Assembly: GCA_000320545.1 (NCBI GenBank)
Contig: ADNK01001920.1
Location: forward strand, 1 to 51,798
DNA from: Bigelowiella natans CCMP2755
Taxonomy: Eukaryota > Protista > Cercozoa
Direction: 5' to 3'
DNA: 51,798 nt
Shown: positions 1-12,191 of the stretch, piece by piece
Layout of the letters: each line of letters starts with the position of its first letter
How positions within the stretch are numbered: position 1 is the stretch's first letter
The notes under the pieces: model-generated
Databases searched by the model: none
What the model saw: only the letters and a program-made list of their open reading frames with translations
What the model was told of the DNA's origin: nothing
Translations under genes and position numbers: made by a program

Positions 1-268
1 CACACGTACAGCGATGTTCGAACCAGCATCTTACGGCATTTGCAACGTCGTCAAGGGAAAGAGTGTTCAGGCATGAAGAGGCTTCTTGCTACCTGAGTCG
101 TCAGCTTAGGCTGGCACCCGAGAAGGAAGTTTTCGGGCTTGAGGTCAGTGTGGATGATTGAGCAGCGAGAATGCAAGAAATCAACACCCCTGTTATTGTA
201 ATAACGACGATGATGGCGACGGTGATGATAAGGAGAGGGGGGAGGAAGATATGGCAAGTTGGAAATTC

Positions 269-304
<36 letters not shown>

Positions 305-501
305 AAGATTCATATTAGACGCTCTACTCACAACAGCATCTGCTTTGCAATGTGACGGGCAGTCTGATGATATACAGTAAGGGGGAGGGGTCAGTGTAAA
401 AATGGACACATGCGCACTTCCTACATGTATATTACATATATGAAAGAAATGCATTCCCTATCATTTCCGTCATTATCGGATATATTAATATAAATAAATA
501 A

Positions 502-539
<38 letters not shown>

Positions 540-669
540 GTATGGTTAGTACGGTATGCATGAAATGGGCACACGCTCTCACAGGAGCAGCTGCTGCAAC
601 TGCCAATCTATGCTGCTTTTACAATCCCTTCTTCCATCTCCTCATCGTGAGCATAAAGGAGGAGAACAA

Positions 670-731
<62 letters not shown>

Positions 732-1261
732 GTATACCTCGATGGGAACGCCTTTGAAGTTTGTCTTCTTGATGAGATTTAGCAGAGATTTGGCCATCAC
801 CTCGAAAACTTCACGGCCAAATAGACATAAGGCAAATCATTAGGGTGATGACTACATCTCGTATCCCAAAAAAGAGAGACGGGGGAGGAGGGGGGGGGGA
901 GAGAGAGAGAGAGAGAGAGAGAGAAGGGGGTTGGAGAGGTGGCTCTTGCTGACTGATGATATGCTGGTGTCGTTCATGATCATAGATCATATAGATTCGA
1001 TAGCCCTCAGGTCACCACCTCGAAACACGCTATATTCTTCGCATCTAGCGGACTACCCCCGTACGTGTTACTACTGCTACTTTGCTTTACCACTCTTCCT
1101 CCTCCTCCTCCTCCTCCTACTACTACTACTACTGCTACTACTACTACTACTACTACTATTACCCAAGCACACGTGGCGTCCATTGGGGCCAAGGACAGCA
1201 AAACTGTCTAATAAATCAACTACGAAATCCTGAGGGGGGAGATCAACACATCATATTATAC

Positions 1262-1318
<57 letters not shown>

Positions 1319-2272
1319 ATAGACGATAGCGCCGAACGCATTGTCCGCGTAGTATTGTGCGCGTACGCAACCACCTTGCCACCCCCCTCCGTTTCCTTTA
1401 TCTGGCGCAGTATTCGCTACCTTTTGATTGCAACGAAAGGGGGGGGGGGGGGGAACGGCATTTTGGTATATACGCAAAAGGGCCCAGGCACGGAAACACA
1501 ACGCTGTCTGAGCGCTCTGTCACAAAGCAAAAGTAGGGAACACCTCATCTTCAGCAGCCTCAGTGTACCTAGAAGAACAACCGAAGGAAAATGACTTTAA
1601 TTGCTCACACCCTTGCTACTTCTGACAGTACCACCCCACACAGATACGACGTTCATATTACTTTGAATCCGATTTCTGGATCTTAAGCGCGACCACCTTC
1701 CGGGGAGAATCGAACGGCTGAAACCCAAATAGGATGAGAGGGGAAGGAGAAAGGGGGGGGGGAGAGTGTGGGGCGATTAGTTTTTCGTGATACTGAACAT
1801 ATATTCGAGTTGTTTCGTATGTTGGTGGTTGGCTGTGCGTCATGCCCAATGTTGATTGTTTTTATATCACAAAAGATATATTGCACAATAGCATGCGGAG
1901 ATAATGCTCCAAGATCGTCGCATACAGGGCAATTCGTATACATTTGTTATGAACGCCCTAGCTGGGAGAGCACGTACCAACATGACGTCAGTACATAGCC
2001 AAACCGTAGAGAAGTGGCCAGCTCCCAACTTCCGATGTACCTACACAAGAGAAAGTGGATTCGATATTCATATCATTCCCTCTGACCTCTCAGAAGGATG
2101 TGTGTTTGTTATTTTACTGCCTCTAGTCGAAAAATAACGATGGGTTTTTAGTCTATTGTGCCATAGTGACAAATAGCAATAGACGGGATAAGAACAGCAC
2201 TGCGACTACCATATATCGATTGTTGTAAATGTCGCCGATTTGAACGGGGTGGTACCTGAAAAGTCAAAAATC

Positions 2273-2355
<83 letters not shown>

Positions 2356-3034
2356 CATCAACGTCTTTGGTGACTCATCATCATCGTCGCCTTCGTCTTC
2401 GACGCTGCCACTAACTAACCCTCTTCCCCAATAATTACCCTCCAGGTTTGTAGTCAACAAGATCTTCATGTTCGCTTGAGTACTCTCCTTGCACTTCTCC
2501 ATCTTCGCCCTGCGGCGGTGCAGTCTGATCGAGGTTTCCTTTCGCATACTGCCCCCCTCCCCCACTTCCCTCACCGGCATTCTGATTCGTCGCCATCGTT
2601 ACGTCGAAACCGTTGTTTCCATCAAGATCATCGTCGTCGCGGTCACTGCTCTCCATAGAATATCTGGTAAAAAAACGATGGGAGGATTTGGACGCCATCT
2701 TGGGATTGTAGTGCATCTTCCTTGGCCTGTTATTCCTGGTTCTAGACGCGGTGTGGTGAGACGGGTGCCGAGACGATCGATAACTAGGCCTCTGCCGACT
2801 GTGTGAAATCCTCTCCCCATCGTCCCACTCTCCTAGACCAATCTCGCGCGACATATAGTCGAATTCAGCGCCGATGGATGACTTTCTACGTCGTCCTGGA
2901 TGCGGGGAGGAGAGGAGGAGGAAGGTCTCCACCGAAAGCAGCGTGACGAGGATAAATCGAATCCATCGCATACGGCTAGCTCGCACGGCACTCGTTTTAC
3001 GTCCTGCCCAGCCCTCCTGATGAGAAGTAAGCAT
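1..3034 (-). CDS. SRPK: SR-protein kinase (SRPK family), multi-exon, 3' end beyond the window
   Basis: GT-AG spliced exons give EDLVDYKPGG|YHPVQIGDIYNNRYM|VHRKLGAGHFSTVWLCTD...VVALKIQKS...YTEAAEDE...DFVVDLLDSFAVLGPNGRHVCL|VFEVMAKSLLNLIKKTNFKGVPIE|TARHIAKQMLL|GVDFLHSRCSIIHTDLKPENFLL. These are the SRPK signature and kinase subdomains I-VIb. The last visible exon ends at about 93. Confidence 0.93.
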
Positions 3035-3431
3035 GGGAGGGGGGCGGAATCACCGTCGCTGCGTGTTCTTGCTTCTGGGGGGGATGTGAGGTTTGCCATG
3101 CGATGGATGTTTCCGGTACAATTTTTTTCCTTAAAATTGTCGGCACGAAAAAACGCGGGAAACCGGAAGCCCGATCCAATCTTCTCGGCGGCACCTAATT
3201 TTCGCTATCGTTAAGGCAGATCCCTCGCGCCTTTTGGAGTGTCCCGTCAGCGACGAAGTTGGTGATTTTTAATGATTTCTGGAATATTTATGTCATCGCA
3301 ACTTAAAACTTGCCTGTATTTGTTATTCGCCTCAACTTGGTCGGGAGATCTAAGAAATTGCAGTATAGATTTATGGAGCGACAAGGTTTTATCGGGCTTT
3401 CGTAGAAATTTCGGGAGCTTGTGCAACATCG

Positions 3432-5274
3432 ATGGAGTCAGTGCAGGCGGCAGCGCCCAATCGTCCCGGTTCAGAGGATGCTACCAATGACACCTACACC
3501 CAGGATATGATTTATTCTTTCCAAACTCTGTACGTGACCTTTCTTTCCCATGTCCTTTATCCGGTCTTGTAGCGCAAGGTGGATGGATTTGACTTGAATA
3601 ATGATGGGGCCAGGAATCGAGTCTCCCTTGGCGAGTGGGACGAAGAGAGGGGCTATTGCAAGTTGCTCAAGCAGTGCGGCAAGATCCTCGACACGATGGG
3701 AGAGGTTGGTGGCGATTATACCTGCCCGTCCAATTGTCTGCTATTTCCCTTTTCATTCTCACGTTTCCTTATTTCGTTGCAAATCACAGAAAGTCGGCTC
3801 AATAAGAATCCTGAGGATCGAAGAGGTGCTCTACGTGATGGAGAGGGGCATGATGGAGCTCATCCATAAGTCCACCGGATTTCCTCTGTCACTACTTGAG
3901 GTTTAGACGCACATTAAAGAAATTATTATGTCCCCCTTCGCCGCCCCCCCCCTTCTCTAAGGAGTAGCCCAAATGTGCTCGATCCAAATCACGAGTTGCT
4001 CTTCCCTACGATTTGAACTATTTTTCGACAATAACCAATTTAGGCCCGTGTCATTCTTGCGAATCTCAGATTTACTCACATGACCTCTGGAAGTGAGGCG
4101 GGGGCGGGGAACGTCCCTTACCGACTACACACGCCGCTTGAGTCGTATTCTATCTTCTCTCATCTCCGACGGTGAGAGATGGAGTGCAGCATTTTGTGGT
4201 GATAGGGTTAAGTAAGCTCAATGATAGTACCTATTATATATCTCCACCTCCATCATCTAAGCCTCATCGTCTTGCAGACACGGTTATATAGCACGCAGAG
4301 GCCATCCTCTCCAGTTATCATCTAGCCGCGACAACAACACCCGCAGCGGCACATCAACGGCTACGGACCTTCATCAACAAAGAACAACGGAGACGATTGC
4401 TACGTCACAAATGCAAACATCGCGCGGCATAGAGTGCTATAAAAAGAGCAAGAGGAGGAAAAACGGAGGAGCTGTTCATTTTGAGGCTACCAAAAAGAAG
4501 TACTGCTCCGCACGGCAGAAGAAGAGACAGCAGCACCCTGAGAGATCTGCTACGTTCTCCTCATCATCATCTTCCGCATCAAATGCAGGCAATGCAGAGC
4601 TGTCGCGAGGTTGGTATCCAACGTTTGACTCGTGGCTACTAGAAGGAAAGAGCGCGGAACCATCCCAAGACAGAGCTCAGAAGTCCTCAGCGTCACAAAA
4701 GCCGTTCCATGAGATGAGCGAGGCTGACGGCAGACACGATAGCACCCGCTTGCGACGTCTTCATCAGGCAGAGGTAGAGAGACAACGTGAACGCGACAGA
4801 GAAGTTCTACAAATGTTCGGCCGCCTGCAGCGATGCCACACAACGGATAATATTGCTCCTGGAGACATTCTTCGGCGCAACGTTCATAACGATAGCAAGC
4901 TGTTTGGCCTGGCGTCGTATGACACCTTCGATCTTTGGGACTCAAGACCTGCGGCAGGGAGTTTCTTGTCAAGCTCTGCTCAGAATTCAAATGCGGTATC
5001 TGTTCCCCCGCCAAATGCAAAGGTCATCATTGTTGGAAAAGAGGACCAGCAGGATATGGGCCGGCTGTTGCGCCAAATATCAGCATATCTGACAGCTTAT
5101 GGAGAAGCGCATGGAGGGGATACTGCCACCGACAAACGCCAAAGTTCGCAAAGGAGGCGGGCGCAGATCAAGTCCGTGATCATTGCAAGTGGGACATCTC
5201 ATCCAACCTTCTTCCGCTGCAGACCCTTCAAAGTCGCTAACCTAGTCGATGATGGTGGAAACGCCAATGGATAA
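3432..5274 (+). CDS. TSEN54: tRNA-splicing endonuclease subunit Sen54-like, about 5 exons
   Basis: Phase-compatible exons give SLGEWDEERGYCKLLKQCGKILDTMGE|KVGSIRILRIEEVLYVMERGMMEL...PLSLLE|ARVIL...YSIFSHLRR|HGYIARR. This matches the Sen54 N-terminal EEALYLxERG and YxHLKRLGY motifs. The last exon runs into ORF 4411..5274 (FDLW...PPPNAKVII...TFFR). Confidence 0.8.
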
Positions 5275-5421
5275 ATAGTTTGGAATCATTTTATTGATTT
5301 AAATGAAATGCAACGATGATGATGATGATGATGATAATGATGATGATGATGATGGTGGTGTTGGTGCTGAGAATGGAGCAGTCTTCACACGTGCGTGGCG
5401 AACGATGAATGTTACGGTCGC

Positions 5422-5458
<37 letters not shown>

Positions 5459-6071
5459 ATCGAATGAATGCGTAGCGCTCGTTCAGCACGTAAATATCGA
5501 TATATAATCCAAAAAAAATTGGGGTTTTTGAATACGCCATCAGTCGCGACAAACGCAATCAGTGACGACGAATGCCTTGTGCGTTGAAAGGCATAGAGGT
5601 TACAGAAGCGCGCAGTGTCGTAGAGATATATTGCTATATGTGTAATAGTTTATGTTACTATCAATGCTGGAATGGCACTGTGAAGCTGCATCTAGTAGGT
5701 TAGCGCTGTGTAGTTTGTGATTGATCTTGGCGGCAGACAATGCGCCGATAACTATGCCAGCGCTGGGACACCAATGCATTCATCCCCCTCGATCAGAGCT
5801 CTGGAATTTATAATGGTTGTGCATGACAATCTATAACAAATACATACAATCTAGCAATAGGCGAATATGTGAAGCCCGTCCACTTAAGGAACACTTTGCA
5901 CTCACGTTGCGCCCCCGTTGCATGCACACATGCACGCTGTGAATTGGTTGCAGGTCATGATGTCACAAACGACAGCAGATAATACAATTCTGCGTAACGG
6001 TTGTTCTTCTATTATTATATCAGACCAAAATTTACTTGAATTCAGTATCTTATCTGAGATATCGCCTCTGT

Positions 6072-6149
6072 TGCATTTTTTGTTTCTCAGCCTTCATCGC
6101 CAGCATTTAATTCAGCCGTTTCAGATGTCGGTTTCATATTAGATATGCA
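6072..6149 (-). promoter_or_regulatory. Candidate eukaryotic SECIS element (type II-like) in the 3' UTR of the MerB-like gene
   Basis: Minus strand reads UGCAU-AUCUAAU-AUGA-AACCGACAUCUG-AAA-CGGC-UGAAUUAAAU-GCUG-GCGAUGAAGGC-UGAG-AAACAAAAA-AUGCA. AUGA (6137-6134) is followed by 12 nt and then AAA. There is an apical mini-helix CGGC/GCUG, CAUC/GAUG and CC/GG pairs in helix II, a closing UGAG (6089-6086), and helix I UGCAU/AUGCA. Folded by eye; helix II has mismatches. Confidence 0.65.
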
Positions 6150-6286
6150 CGTGTTAAGCGAACGAATCAGGACCATTCTAGAAAATCGTACGATTTTCGT
6201 AGCCTCTGCTCTATCTTTCCATTCCTGCACCCTAAAGAAGTCATTAGCAAGATGATATTTCTAAAAGTTGGGGCGAATTTAACAAT

Positions 6287-7171
6287 TTACGGAAGTTCCC
6301 AAAATGCCGAGGTTAGGCCCACAGAATGGAACTTAGCACGTATCTCCTCCACCGATTTTCTCTCGAAATGAGGGCATGCTCGGTTTCCGTAGAACAGCGA
6401 TGCTAATGCTGCTAACTGCTCCTCGCACACAATCGCGTAAGAGGACACTGCATTTTCGTCGATGTGTTTTCCGAGCTGTTCTTCATCTGCGAAGATGGCA
6501 AGTCTTTCATATCACGTGTCCACCAGGTCGTCATACCACTCTCTCAACGGAGCCGTAAAACATACCAATGCCTTCGGGTGCGAGGTGGAAATAATCCTTC
6601 CCTCGTGTAAGCTCATGTGTATTGATTCCCCGCTCTGGTGGCAAGTGGTGCTGATATAGCCCTTTTCGGAAAGGTTGTCGCCAGTATGTCCCAGTATGAA
6701 ACACAATCCCCATGTATCCCAAACTCAATTTCCAAATCTTTGAACGTATCTTGTGTTTCCTTGTCTTCCCTGATCTAACGCTACCCCCCTCTCTTCGGAG
6801 CCAAAGAATTGACCCAACTCTTGACCCTCCTCCATTCCGGCCTGGACGATATCAGCGCCAACAGCAGTCTCACAATAAGGGATTAGCGAGTTCTCTAGGC
6901 GAGTAGCAGCCGCTGACACAGCCTTCACGTCCAGAAGAGCGTAATGTGGGGTGGCTAGGTTGGAGAAGGGATGTGACATGAGGATCTGGTTAGTAAGCAA
7001 ACCGCTCGTGCTCCTAGAGAGAACGACATCGTGATCGCATTCCAGCTTGCGCAACGCAGCCCAGGTCTCTGCTTTCGAGAGACCAAACGCCTTTGCAAAC
7101 TGAGCCCAGTGTGGAGCTCGGCCGGACTTCAGCAGCCAGGCGTAAACAAAGTTGCGCCCTGGGGGCGCCAT
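6287..7171 (-). CDS. MerB-like (alkylmercury/organomercurial lyase family) protein, 294 aa, with two in-frame UGA codons (predicted Sec149, Sec220)
   Basis: One frame from ATG 7171 to TAA 6287-6289, interrupted only by TGA at 6725-6727 and 6512-6514. Translation: GRAPHWAQFAKAFGLSKAETWAALRKLECDHDVVL...ILMSHPFSNLATPH...FGN*VWDTWG...STTCHQSGESI...VCFTAPLREWYDDLVDT*YERLAIFADEEQ...QLAALASLFYGNRACPHFERKSVEEIRAKFHSVGLTSAFWELP. MerB-family motifs lie on both sides of each stop. Confidence 0.85.
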
Positions 7172-7441
7172 TCGCGTCGCTCGAGCAGAGGTGGTTCCGG
7201 CAACTTTCTACAGCTCTTGGTTGTCATAATTCATAAAAAGGAGAAAAATGAAATAATGCTTTTAAATGTAAAAAATGATCGAAGAATTACCAGTATAATC
7301 CAGGGTGCTTTGATAGTACGCCAAGCAAAATCGGATGTCGCTGGAAATAATATCGTGAGTAATTGTGCTTCCTCCGTCGAAGAAATATCTTAGAAATTTC
7401 GTCCTAAAATATCCCAAATCTCACACACACGTCCAGGTCCA

Positions 7442-8499
7442 ATGCGAGCTACTCGCATCGACGTCGTTGTCAACCTATGGTTTCTCCTACTGCTAACGGC
7501 CTCGCCATCCGCTTCTTCCTCCTCCTCAACCTCTGTACTGTCGAAGGAAGAGGCATTCCCACTAGTGAAGGAGCAGGGGGAGAGTATTGCTGATGTGTAT
7601 TATCACATCGCGAAACAGATGTCAAAAGAGGAAAATGGTGCTCAGGGGCAGGTAGCGCACGTGCTTTTTTAATTGGCAACGATCGATACTCAATCTTCCG
7701 GACAATCGTAGACACTCGGATGGCTTTATCTCTTGGCGGCTCTTGAGTTTAGCCCATCTAATTCGACTCTTTTGGGTAAAGAGAATCACTAACGTTGTCG
7801 TCGTCTTCGTCGTCGTTGTCATCATCACTCAAAGACCCTCCTCATCAAGCACACGTAAGCAATGCCCCCTCCCCCCCCCCCCCGTCTCGACTCCCAATTC
7901 CCTGTCAGAACCCGTGATCGAGAGCTATGTGAGGAGCGGTGACGTTGCTCTTGCGTTGGCGCACACCAAGGCCGCTCTTTCTGCGGTAGTTCGTGCGGGA
8001 AAAACTGGAGGCAAATTCGACAAGAAGTAGTACATAATGCACATGGTGATTGACGGTGTCACGTAGATATAGTTGGCACCTGCTTTTTACCCTGTCTCTG
8101 TACGGGGGCGCGGCAGCAAATCGAGTGAAAGTCCACATATAACCCTAGGGGGGGGACATTGGCTCAGGGGTATCTAACATCGATCCAGAGGAATCCCAAG
8201 GTTGTCAGGAAAAAACACACGGAGGAAATTTGAAACAAGCAAAACCTGCCAAATACATGCTCCCGCATGTTTACATGTTGGCCCCACACAATTTCTAAAT
8301 CAGCAGCAAATGAGTGATAAGTTGGTATGCGACTAGATTCTCAATGTGATACTGCTCCTTCTATCTTCCATCCCCTCATCAGGCAAAGCATTTGTTCAAA
8401 GACTCGCCAAAATTTAAGGAAGCTACGGAGGGCCACATCCCCGCCCCAAAACTTACGCTCCCGTTCTCTACTGTCATTGCAAGGTAGCATTAAGCAATC

Positions 8500-8537
<38 letters not shown>

Positions 8538-8864
8538 CATCTCAGTTGCCATAGCGTTTGAATGCTGCCCTTATATATTCCTTTGCTGTGGTTTGTTCTT
8601 TTTATGTGTGTGTGTGTGTGTGTGTGCGTGTGTTTGGGTTGTCGTGGTAGGTGGGATCTTTATGATGCATATACTGGAATCGATAAAGATGTCAGCGGCG
8701 ATCTATACGGGTCAATAATCCGCGCCTACAACATCTTCGTAATGGCACACCCTTCAATACTTGACGAGATCTGATTCAGTTCTATATACAAAACAACACT
8801 CAAACTCGACACGAAAGGATAATATATTTTGCGCGCGCGCGCGCGTGTGTGAGTGTGTTTGTGC

Positions 8865-8908
<44 letters not shown>

Positions 8909-9103
8909 GAAAGAAATCGGGAGTATCTGCAGCAGCAGCAAATGGGGCGAAATCATCAGACGATACCCAGCTCAATCACGAGTAGTAACACTCACCACGC
9001 ACGGAAGTGCTTTTCTCATAGTGGTCGCAGGCATGCTAACGACGTTGCTTCTTTGTCGTCATACGGAGAGATATAGACCTTCTGATTTAGCAATCAAAAT
9101 AGT

Positions 9104-9166
<63 letters not shown>

Positions 9167-9667
9167 AAATATGAATATATCTGAACGTGCTATATGCATT
9201 TTGTATCACGAACAGCCATAACTTTTAGTAATATACCGTGTATAATTTTTATATATTTATGGTACGACTTAAAAACGCACGCATTTGCGTGGCTACTACT
9301 ACTACTCTTCAGCTTCTACGACTGGCAAATGCAGCCTTTAAAGGCCACTGGAAAGTAAGTAATATCAGCCGTTTGTGCCTCTGACGATGACAATGGCCAC
9401 GGTGACGATATTGTGTGTGCGCGCGCGCGCATGAGCATATATATGATTTATATGTTATCCGAATTGAGATCCCTGCATCGTTGGTTTGTGCTTGAAATCG
9501 ATGCAGAGGCAATGCTGCAGCTGTAGGCATGTGCGATCGATCGGCTTTACGGTCTTCTTGTGTCGTCGGAGTCATTTTGTGAATGCACGTTCGTGTTGAT
9601 CCAGGTATTGGAAAGGCTTTGAAGATCTACCTATCTTCCACAGGTGAAAGTGGTTGCTTACCGCAAG

Positions 9668-9708
<41 letters not shown>

Positions 9709-11959
9709 TTACAATATTCATAGCTGCTGCGTGTTTGTGCGTGTGTGTGTGTGCCTCAAGCCATCGTTCTTTTGTTGTCGCTTTTGTTTACTACAAATAC
9801 AGATTGCTACGTATCTTCCGCTCTGCAGCGGCACGGTTTTTAGTTTCGTGCGGTCTCTCTCAAAGCGACGCGGTGATTGAAACGCACACACGCAAACTTA
9901 CGACACCCATTGTACGCCACTCAACCAACAGAATGCGCCACTATGAAGACGATTGTAGCTCAGTTATGTGCATGTTTGTATATATTATGCACGCACGCAC
10001 GCACATACACATCCACAGCAGGAAAGAGAGGGCACGAGGGGAGAGAGGGAGGGAGGGAGAGAGAGAGAGAGAGAAAGCGCACAAAAATACACACACTGCG
10101 GTATGCATGTGGTTAGGAGCTGAAGGCACGGTCTCGCACCGTTGTGTGGGCGTCAGTACACACGGTACAACAAAGGCACCTCTACTACTACAAACTACTG
10201 CTACACGGCGATTATTCTCAATATGCTGCTTTCTTTCCATGCAGCCATACATGAGAATGCAAGAACAAATATCTCCCCCCCCCACCCCCCTCCCGACCCC
10301 GCACCATCCCCATCATAGGGTGCAAGCACGCACGGCCCTCACAACACGGAGGATTCGATGGTGGGAGGTAACGATGGACGAGTAGAATTACGACAAATAG
10401 TTGGCAAAAAGGGAGATGGGAGGGGGGGAGTTGGAGAGGAAGGAAAAGATGGGTGATATATGTCATCTTAAGCCAGCCCCCCCCCCCCCGCCCTCCCCCC
10501 CTTCCTACCCTTTCTACTCTACTCTCTCTCTCTCTCTCTCTCTCTCATATGTGTGTGCTGTTGTTTGACCTACGTTAGGAGTCTTTTACGTGAAAGTACC
10601 CCCTCAATCTGGTATGATCATCACCGGATTATCAATTCCTCAGAAGGCGAAGCAGAAGAGGAAGAAGAAGAAGAAGAAGAACTAGAAGAATTTATTACCC
10701 AAGCCATTTTTTCCAATCCTAAGCCTTTTTTACCGCTACTACAAAGAGCAGCTATATGAAGAAATCTTCGCTTATGGGGCCTGTCACATCCTCATATGTT
10801 ATTTATGGAGAACCGTGCGCAGGGAGGAGAGATCTCTACTTTCCGTCGCACCATTTCCGATAACGATTTTACCACGCACACGCGAGCAATGAACAACGAA
10901 TGAAGCATCGATGCAAGACCTACATGAGCAAGAACCACATGGGAGACATAGATTTTGCCCCGCATTTGGTTTTGTTGCGTGCGGTTTGTCTTGCCTGGCC
11001 GCCGTCCTGCGATGATCCCCGTTAATATTTTTGCCAGGGAGCTTGGTTTTCTCTGATCCTAGAGGGAAGAACTCTGTCATGCAGGTACGCCTCACGCACT
11101 CGTCGCGTTCCAAATGAATTCGCAGTTGATTGTTTGGATTTCGATGCCAGTCGCCTGCCCATGTCCCCACGCCGCCATTCCACACGCTCTACCAGGTAGT
11201 GGTGGTAGTAGTAGTAGTAGAAGTAGCGCTACAAACAGCAAGCTGCGCGTATCTGTTGTTGTTGTTGTTGATGATGATGATGATGGTGATGGTGATGACG
11301 ATGATGATGATTCACGCACTGCATGGCTTATGATTTCTCGCCACCTCTCGTTGCACTACTAGGTTGATCCGTACGAAGGGCTGATGATCATGTTCCCAGG
11401 GTGGCTCGTCCATCAGGTTGTCGTTGTCCTCGTCATCATCATCTGCACCTACCTTCTTTCTATCCCCGTTTTCCATTTTGTTCTACTATCAGCGCTCCCT
11501 AGCGGTTTTATGGTGATCTTCATGATTTCCAAAATCTCTGTGATTCGGTCCTTCTCTCTCTCTCTCCCCCCCCCCCCCGTCCTCCCCGCTCTCCTCCTCC
11601 CCCTATAAGGTTGCTCCTTCGAATGGGTTGAATCCTCAGGCGAGTGGGTACAGGTCGGCTGCGCCGTGTTGTTTGCTAGGATTGCAATATATGCGGTTGC
11701 TACTCGCAAGTTTTCGTTTTCGCAAGCTCTTTAATTACGCTGTTTTCGGTATGTATAATGGTGCTGGTGCCATATGTACAGGGTTTCGATTAGCTATAAT
11801 CTTAACGGAGAATGGGCTGAAACCACACCAGCCATTTTTGACCACGTTGTAGTCGGAGCTGGTGGTGAGGATAAAGACGATAGAGAGCATCAGAAAAAGA
11901 CAACGATGGACCACAATGCTCCTCCCGACGCAAAGCACCAGCCTAAAACAGAGCTATAA
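7442..11959 (+). CDS. Secreted or ER-lumen putative 2OG-Fe(II) oxygenase (TIGR02466/PF13759-like), multi-exon
   Basis: 3' exons give TVVWASVHT|GASTHGPHNTEDSMVG|GVFYVKVPPQS|GSLVFSDPRG...|VDPYEGLMIMFPGWLVHQ|VAPSNG...YR|VSISYNL...KTEL*. The first exon has a signal peptide (VVVNLWFLLLLTASPSA). Middle exons between 7900 and 9650 are only partly resolved, so linking exon 1 to the rest is inferred. Confidence 0.75.
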
Positions 11960-12035
11960 AAGCGATGTGTATACACGAGGACAATGGCTGACGTGTGATT
12001 CTTTGCTTTCCTAGTTATTCTACGAATATATGATA

Positions 12036-12084
<49 letters not shown>

Positions 12085-12127
12085 TGAGACGAATGTAATA
12101 TGATTAAATCTCTTCAATGTGTATATT

Positions 12128-12191
<64 letters not shown>

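Noticed and set aside
6690-6724. Small hairpin just 3' of the first UGA as a bacterial-type SECIS or Sec redefinition element
   Set aside because: Only about 6 imperfect base pairs; not distinguishable from chance.
6287-7171. Reading the MerB-like locus as a pseudogene, or as separate short ORFs (6725..7171 and 6512..6706)
   Set aside because: Both interruptions are TGA, both fall on catalytic Cys positions, there are no frameshifts, similarity persists to the end, and a SECIS candidate follows. Random decay is unlikely to give this pattern.
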